DNA of 29,641 nt from a virus (lineage: Duplodnaviria; Caudoviricetes), in the IMG/VR virus record IMGVR_UViG_3300020045_008547, positions 1 to 29,641 of that record, one strand, 5' to 3'. Shown piece after piece: positions 25,301 to 29,641 of this stretch. Positions within the stretch are counted from its first letter, which is position 1. Every line of letters begins with the position of its first letter. The position numbers and the translations under genes are program-made. The notes below the pieces were generated by a model, which did not search any database, had not been told where the DNA came from, and saw only the letters and a program-made list of their open reading frames with translations.

Positions 25301-25410
25301 GGGAAAAAGTGGTTTTTGAGATTTTGGTGGGAAATTCCAGCCGGGAAATTTAGGTGGAAAAACTTGTATGAAATTTACAAGTTTGAGAATTTAAGGGAAA
25401 AAGTGGTTTT
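25301..25410 (+). repeat. 16-bp direct repeat GGGAAAAAGTGGTTTT (two copies) among A-tracts
   Basis: Copies at 25301-25316 and 25395-25410. Confidence 0.8.
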
Positions 25411-25462
25411 GGAATTTTCGTTGTTGGTTTGGAAATTGATAGTCAATGAAGCGAGGTGATTT

Positions 25463-26038
25463 ATGCAAGACGAGAAAAAAGCAGTTGGGGATCGGGGTGC
25501 AGCGGGAGGCAATACGGAGGTGCCGAACGGTGGTGTGGCGTCCGACGGGGCTGCTGGCCCTAAGCCATCGGGGCGTAGCATTGAACTGCGCAACACGACC
25601 CTCGACGATATTTCATCGGTAATTGGGTTCAGCGCCACGTTGCGGTTGTCAGCATGGTTTGGAGACCTGGGCAACCTCTACATCCCCGAGGTGGCCGAAG
25701 AAGGGCAACTGCTGGTCAAACTGCTGGGCATGCCCGCTGCACGCAAGTTGTCCGAGGAATGGGGCCGGGAGCGACTGAACGTACCGCGCTTGAGCGGCTA
25801 CGAGGACGACTGCCAGAGGCGTTTTATCGGCAACATGGTGTCCTTGGGTTGCTCCACCCGGGAAATAAGCCACATGGCCCGCGTAGGCGAGCGCAGGGTG
25901 CAGCAAATCTGCCGTGATCTGGAAGCCGCTGGCCTGATTCCGATTGTGATGCCCAAAAAAGTCAGCCGGGAATCGTATCGGGACAAGGATGGTGGATTTT
26001 GGGGGATCAAGGACGAGCCTGGGTGCAGTGGAACGTGA
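25463..26038 (+). CDS. Mor/C-like transcriptional activator
   Basis: GAGGTG RBS; IGFSATLRL..WFG..NLYIP, LLG..AARKLSEEWG.E.L.VP, C-terminal HTH STREISHMARVGERRVQQI. Confidence 0.75.
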   Translation: MQDEKKAVGDRGAAGGNTEVPNGGVASDGAAGPKPSGRSIELRNTTLDDISSVIGFSATLRLSAWFGDLGNLYIPEVAEEGQLLVKLLGMPAARKLSEEWGRERLNVPRLSGYEDDCQRRFIGNMVSLGCSTREISHMARVGERRVQQICRDLEAAGLIPIVMPKKVSRESYRDKDGGFWGIKDEPGCSGT

Positions 26039-26106
26039 CCGTTCGCTTGGTTGAACTGATCTGCCATCTATGGGAAAAGGCCATGGATGCCGTGCTTGGC
26101 CGCTCA

Positions 26107-26183
26107 AATTGAAAACTGGACGGGCGACCCTCCCCACCCCTAGGGGTTGAATTCAAAAATGGATGGGCGACCCCTCCCACCCC
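26107..26183 (+). repeat. Imperfect 34-bp direct repeat with a palindrome at the junction
   Basis: 26107-26140 vs 26150-26183, 29/34 identical; ACCCCTAGGGGT at 26136-26147. Confidence 0.8.
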
Positions 26184-26267
26184 CGGTGTTTTTCATGACC
26201 TGGTGGTCCGGTGGAAATTCCTGAGCGCCGGAGAAAACGGGGGAGCACTGGGCCGTGAAAATTCGAG

Positions 26268-26323
26268 TTTTCCACAGGCTATTCACAATTTCAGATTACA
26301 AAATGTGGATAACCTGTGTATAA
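26268..26323. promoter_or_regulatory. Cluster of four DnaA boxes (two inverted pairs)
   Basis: TTTTCCACA 26268, CTATTCACA 26279, TGTGGATAA 26304, TGTGTATAA 26315; AT-rich tract follows. Confidence 0.75.
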
Positions 26324-26373
26324 CTTTTGGAATGCTATTGTTTTTATAGCTGCGGTTTTAATGTTTGCGGGGG

Positions 26374-26625
26374 CTATCGGGGGTTTAAGCCAAGCTGCAA
26401 AGTCAGTGCCTCACTATCAGAGGGTTGACTACAGACCCCCAGGCTTTCCGATAGCCCCCAACAGACCGCGCGACCGTCAATGACGTGGCAAAACCCGGCA
26501 GACACTATCGTCCCCTCGACCCGATAAAGACTGCGCCCAACGTGCAGGTGCCAAAGTTGGTCACTGGTAGGCCACAGGATGAATCCGAGCGCGCTATGGC
26601 GCACATACTTATGTTCTATTGGCAT
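26374..26625 (-). CDS. Hypothetical protein
   Basis: ATG 26625 after AGAGGG; 'IVSAGFC..CWGLSESLG'. Confidence 0.7.
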   Translation of the reverse strand: MPIEHKYVRHSALGFILWPTSDQLWHLHVGRSLYRVEGTIVSAGFCHVIDGRAVCWGLSESLGVCSQPSDSEALTLQLGLNPR

Positions 26626-26656
26626 CTGAGCCCCTCTAGGTTGATTGAACAAACAC

Positions 26657-26709
26657 AAAAAAGCCTAGGGGCTATCAATCCATAACAGACTGATAGCCCC
26701 TAGGCTTTT
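26657..26709 (-). terminator. Long hairpin (19-bp perfect inverted repeat): terminator or processing site
   Basis: AAAAGCCTAGGGGCTATCA / TGATAGCCCCTAGGCTTTT; T tract on the minus strand. Confidence 0.75.
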
Positions 26710-26747
26710 CGGTTTAGCGCCCCGGTAGGCGTGTGGTTAGGTGTCGC

Positions 26748-26957
26748 TTACTTTATACCGCATGCGTCCAAAAACGCGCGTTTATCAACGCTCAAGTGTT
26801 CTGCTAAGTAACGGCCCAGGTTGACCGCCTGTTGTGCCAACGATAGCGCGGTTTGATACTGTTCAACGGTTTGATTTAGGTGTGGTCCGAATGCCGGATG
26901 TTTGTCTACATCTTCGCGGATTCGCTTTGCCAAAATTAGGTAGTCTGTTTTTCTCAT
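26748..26957 (-). CDS. Hypothetical protein
   Basis: ATGA overlap; MRKTDY..LA...FLDACG. Confidence 0.75.
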   Translation of the reverse strand: MRKTDYLILAKRIREDVDKHPAFGPHLNQTVEQYQTALSLAQQAVNLGRYLAEHLSVDKRAFLDACGIK

Positions 26958-27160
26958 TTTGTAACGTATCCGTTTTCGATCAACCAAGGGCGGACGTCTG
27001 GGCTAAGTAGAAATGCCACTTGCCCGCCCATGCGTGACCGGTACGGGAAAACGTCAATAGACACAGTGTTACGGGTTCCGTACACATGGCCGACTATCGC
27101 CCGCGCTTTTGTGACTGGGTGCCGATACGTTGAAAGTTTGTTTGCGTCTGGTTTTTTCAT
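26954..27160 (-). CDS. Hypothetical protein
   Basis: GGAGA RBS; ATG 27160. Confidence 0.7.
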   Translation of the reverse strand: MKKPDANKLSTYRHPVTKARAIVGHVYGTRNTVSIDVFPYRSRMGGQVAFLLSPDVRPWLIENGYVTK

Positions 27161-27230
27161 TTTGCAATCTCCAAAAGTAGGGCAACATTGCCCGCAATAG
27201 CGCACCATTGATGCGCTATTACTGGCCTAG

Positions 27231-27647
27231 TTACACTGTGTAGTCTTTTGACAGTGAGTGGCTACCGAATTCAACATAAGGCACCTTGATTGCTTCGCGT
27301 ATTTCAGACCCGAATGCATCCCCTAAACCTACACCGTGCCCCATAGCTTGCATGGCTGCATAGTGGCCGAAATGTTCTACAGTGTTTGGCCTATCGCCGT
27401 CTCCGTCGCGTTCAATTTGACCTAGCATATCGCCAATTGTGCGACCGTTTACGCGCTCCATATCCATGTATAACGTACGCGCGGCGTGGATGGCTGCGCT
27501 GTCAATTTCCGTTGGCATCTGGTCCATAATTTCACCGTGGAGGGCTTCGCCGTTTTCTTCCACCATATCGGCCCATGCACTAGCAAAGAAGGCGCGCGCT
27601 GCGTGCAACTGAAATTCGTTTAATTCGTCTTGAATTGTGTAGGCCAT
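27231..27647 (-). CDS. Acidic hypothetical protein
   Basis: AAGGGG RBS; 'FGHYAAMQAMGHGVG'. Confidence 0.8.
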   Translation of the reverse strand: MAYTIQDELNEFQLHAARAFFASAWADMVEENGEALHGEIMDQMPTEIDSAAIHAARTLYMDMERVNGRTIGDMLGQIERDGDGDRPNTVEHFGHYAAMQAMGHGVGLGDAFGSEIREAIKVPYVEFGSHSLSKDYTV

Positions 27648-27658
27648 GTTGTACCCCT

Positions 27659-28009
27659 TTACGCTGGAATCTCACAGGCCATTTCAGCCTCCACAACACG
27701 CCGATAGCTATCGCCCCAGGGCGTACCATCCCGCCCAAAATCGACGCCCCCTAGGCTGTCAACCGCTAAGCCATCCGGGTCACGCATAACGCAAACCCAA
27801 AGCGAATAGGCGGGGGATTCTTCCGAAAATTCAGAGCTATCCGAATATTGGTCCATGCACCACTCGAAAGCGTATCCCAAATCGCACGCGGTCTGTTCTG
27901 CTTTTGCCAACAATTGCGCGCACCGTATACGCCCTTTCATGGGTGTTTCGGTTTTTGGGTCATAGCTATAGCCCGCATTCGCTAGAAAAAAGTGATAAGG
28001 GGTTTTCAT
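27659..28009 (-). CDS. Hypothetical protein
   Basis: GGAGA RBS; ATG 28009; 'SLGGVD..YRRVVEAE'. Confidence 0.8.
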   Translation of the reverse strand: MKTPYHFFLANAGYSYDPKTETPMKGRIRCAQLLAKAEQTACDLGYAFEWCMDQYSDSSEFSEESPAYSLWVCVMRDPDGLAVDSLGGVDFGRDGTPWGDSYRRVVEAEMACEIPA

Positions 28010-28236
28010 GGTGTCATTCTCCAAAAGTTAAATTTAACGCGCGTGTTTTGTCTTTGGTCGCACAATCTCGCGTGTTTTCGGGTCAGTGTATGGAACACAC
28101 GACCGATTACCCCCGCGGTCAATCCAACCAGTTGCCCGCCCGTGAAATTCGATGTCCTGTTGGCAATATTTGCAGCTTGCACGCATGCCAAAAATGCGAC
28201 TAATTGCGGGTTTTTTCATGGTGTCATTCTCCAAAA
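28003..28236 (-). repeat. Identical 24-bp translation-initiation regions on two adjacent genes
   Basis: TTTTGGAGAATGACACCATGAAAA (minus strand) at 28003-28026 and 28213-28236. Confidence 0.9.
28034..28219 (-). CDS. Small zinc-binding hypothetical protein
   Basis: GGAGA RBS; CKYC...C...H. Confidence 0.7.
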   Translation of the reverse strand: MKKPAISRIFGMRASCKYCQQDIEFHGRATGWIDRGGNRSCVPYTDPKTREIVRPKTKHAR

Positions 28237-28305
28237 ATAAAGGGCAAAGGGTGCAGCGATAACCGCAGCAATTAGGAAGGCTTCGATTAGTTTTTGCAGC
28301 ATGGG

Positions 28306-28656
28306 TTAGACGGGAACACGCCGCACAATCAACCGATAGCACCCAGGTGCATTTTCCCGGTAGGCTTTAATGTCTTCGCGCGCTTCTTTCCGTGTTGTGG
28401 CCGCGCACAAGTCTTCCCAACCAGAACCATAGTACCCCTGCACCACAAATTCGTTTGTTTTCTCTTTCAACGCTCGCACCAGCATCGCATGGAAGTAACG
28501 CGCGCGTGAGCCATTCGCGTTTTTGGGTTGACGGTATTTCCGTTCGTCTGCGGCTGCAATGATTCGGTGCACTGTGTCGCTATCGAGGGTGAAAAAATCA
28601 ACATCCAAAGGGATATGATGCGCATTTGCAATCGATGTGGCTTCAAATTTTTTCAT
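28306..28656 (-). CDS. Hypothetical protein, possibly a two-domain fusion
   Basis: AGGA RBS; 'KNANGSRARYF' half and 'VQGYYGSGWED..YREN' half. Confidence 0.75.
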   Translation of the reverse strand: MKKFEATSIANAHHIPLDVDFFTLDSDTVHRIIAAADERKYRQPKNANGSRARYFHAMLVRALKEKTNEFVVQGYYGSGWEDLCAATTRKEAREDIKAYRENAPGCYRLIVRRVPV

Positions 28657-28658
28657 GA

Positions 28659-29204
28659 TCAATAGTCCTGCAATGCTTCGCGCAGTGCGGTTTGTGTTGC
28701 ACGGTCGATAACACGGTTCAGCTTGTCAGTGTTTTGTTGGCAATCCTCATAGGCTGCATACGCTTTACGCGAATCGGTGTCATAGCCAAAATCGCTACAC
28801 CACTCTGCGAAAGACTGACCAGACGCAACCGAATCCAATAGAAGACAATGCAGGATGTCTGCCGCGTGAGGGGCTTTTGGCTTGCGCAGTTTTTGCACAG
28901 CAGCAAGGTAGCGCCTCCCATAGCTCGTGGCGCCTTGTTTATCGCGTACGGTCAATCCCTGAAAACCGTATTCAGCCTCTCTTTTTTGCGCTGGTGTCGC
29001 TTCAGCGCGCAAACCCAGGCCGGTGAAATACGCGAACTGTTCGCTTTTTGCGTGGTTTTGGATTGTGCAACGCCATTCGTCCATGGCGTGGGTTCCGTCT
29101 AATGCCTTGTCGTTTTCACAAACATATTTGAAGCTGACCACAATCCCAAGCGTGCCAACTGCGCCTAGGATTGTTTCTACTGCGGTTTTAATCTCTTGTG
29201 ACAT
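28659..29204 (-). CDS. Hypothetical phage protein
   Basis: AAGGA RBS; 'YFTGLG..P.AADIL..L.LD..SFAEWCSDFGYDTDSRKA'. Confidence 0.8.
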   Translation of the reverse strand: MSQEIKTAVETILGAVGTLGIVVSFKYVCENDKALDGTHAMDEWRCTIQNHAKSEQFAYFTGLGLRAEATPAQKREAEYGFQGLTVRDKQGATSYGRRYLAAVQKLRKPKAPHAADILHCLLLDSVASGQSFAEWCSDFGYDTDSRKAYAAYEDCQQNTDKLNRVIDRATQTALREALQDY

Positions 29205-29216
29205 TGTGAAATTCCT

Positions 29217-29297
29217 TTAAACAAGGTTGAAAAAACGAACAATGGGGCGGGACATCGCGTAACCCAGGGTACAGATGGTAATGATTAAAAGTGTCAT
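29217..29297 (-). CDS. 26-aa hydrophobic peptide (not in the ORF track)
   Basis: MTLLIITICTLGYAMSRPIVRFFNLV; first ORF after the promoter; stop overlaps the next RBS. Confidence 0.45.
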   Translation of the reverse strand: MTLLIITICTLGYAMSRPIVRFFNLV

Positions 29298-29326
29298 TTT
29301 GTTACGTTCCGTTTGTTGATAGCTCA

Positions 29327-29355
29327 ATTGTACTGCACTTTTTTAGTTTTTGCAA
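29327..29355 (-). promoter_or_regulatory. Sigma70-like leftward promoter with operator-like site (29342-29357)
   Basis: TTGCAA-17 bp-TACAAT. Confidence 0.8.
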
Positions 29356-29376
29356 AGCATTTTCTAGGGACAAACC

Positions 29377-29640
29377 CTAGTTTTTTCGTGAAACTTCATT
29401 CAAAAAACGAATAGGGGTTTTTGCCACAGTGCATCCATTGGCATCAATAAAATGTTCTGACAATTTCCCGTCTTCAACGTATGCCCATGATCGAAATTCG
29501 TCGTTGTCCCTTACCAGAACAAAAACATACTTAAAACCCATAGGGCATGGGTTCTTTAATGACCACGCGACCACATCCAAATAACTGAACCCGTGCGAAT
29601 GATCCACACACTCACCGTCTTCAAAGTCTGCGGTTTCACC
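29377..29640 (-). CDS. Hypothetical protein (5' truncated by window edge)
   Basis: Frame is open to the window end (GETADFEDGECVDHSHG...). Confidence 0.7.
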   Translation of the reverse strand, partial: GETADFEDGECVDHSHGFSYLDVVAWSLKNPCPMGFKYVFVLVRDNDEFRSWAYVEDGKLSEHFIDANGCTVAKTPIRFLNEVSRKN

Positions 29641-29641
29641 G

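Noticed and set aside
1-29641. Genome-wide TAG or TGA stop-codon reassignment
   Set aside because: Long conserved genes (polymerase, helicase, primase, RdgC, ThyX) are uninterrupted in the standard code, and TAG/TGA end genes at sensible positions

Overview
Part of a tailed dsDNA phage genome (probably infecting a proteobacterium). It runs from the end of the lysis cassette (Rz with embedded Rz1) through two leftward operons: many small accessory genes, then a replication/nucleotide-metabolism module (SNF2-type helicase, ThyX, dUTPase, VRR-NUC, DEDD exonuclease, HNH-AP2, family-B-type DNA polymerase, RdgC, DUF2815-type SSB, a split Cas4-like DUF2800 nuclease). After a divergent promoter region at ~15.3 kb comes a rightward operon of small genes (HNH, MazG-like, a membrane-anchored glycosidase-like protein), a leaderless Cro-like regulator, a Prim-Pol/VirE primase-helicase with flanking iterons, a Mor-like activator, and a leftward AT-richer early-type region. 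No integrase, CI-type repressor or structural genes are visible. The most notable signals are non-coding: (i) a P4 CI / P1 C4-like structured RNA with complementary targets upstream of it and over the next RBS, in the leader of the primase-helicase operon; (ii) a palindromic operator TTTAGY-N4-RCKAAA on or beside most of the sigma70-like promoters; (iii) four DnaA boxes arranged as a palindrome; (iv) a second structured RNA candidate upstream of the polymerase. All family assignments come from motif recognition by eye, not database searches.
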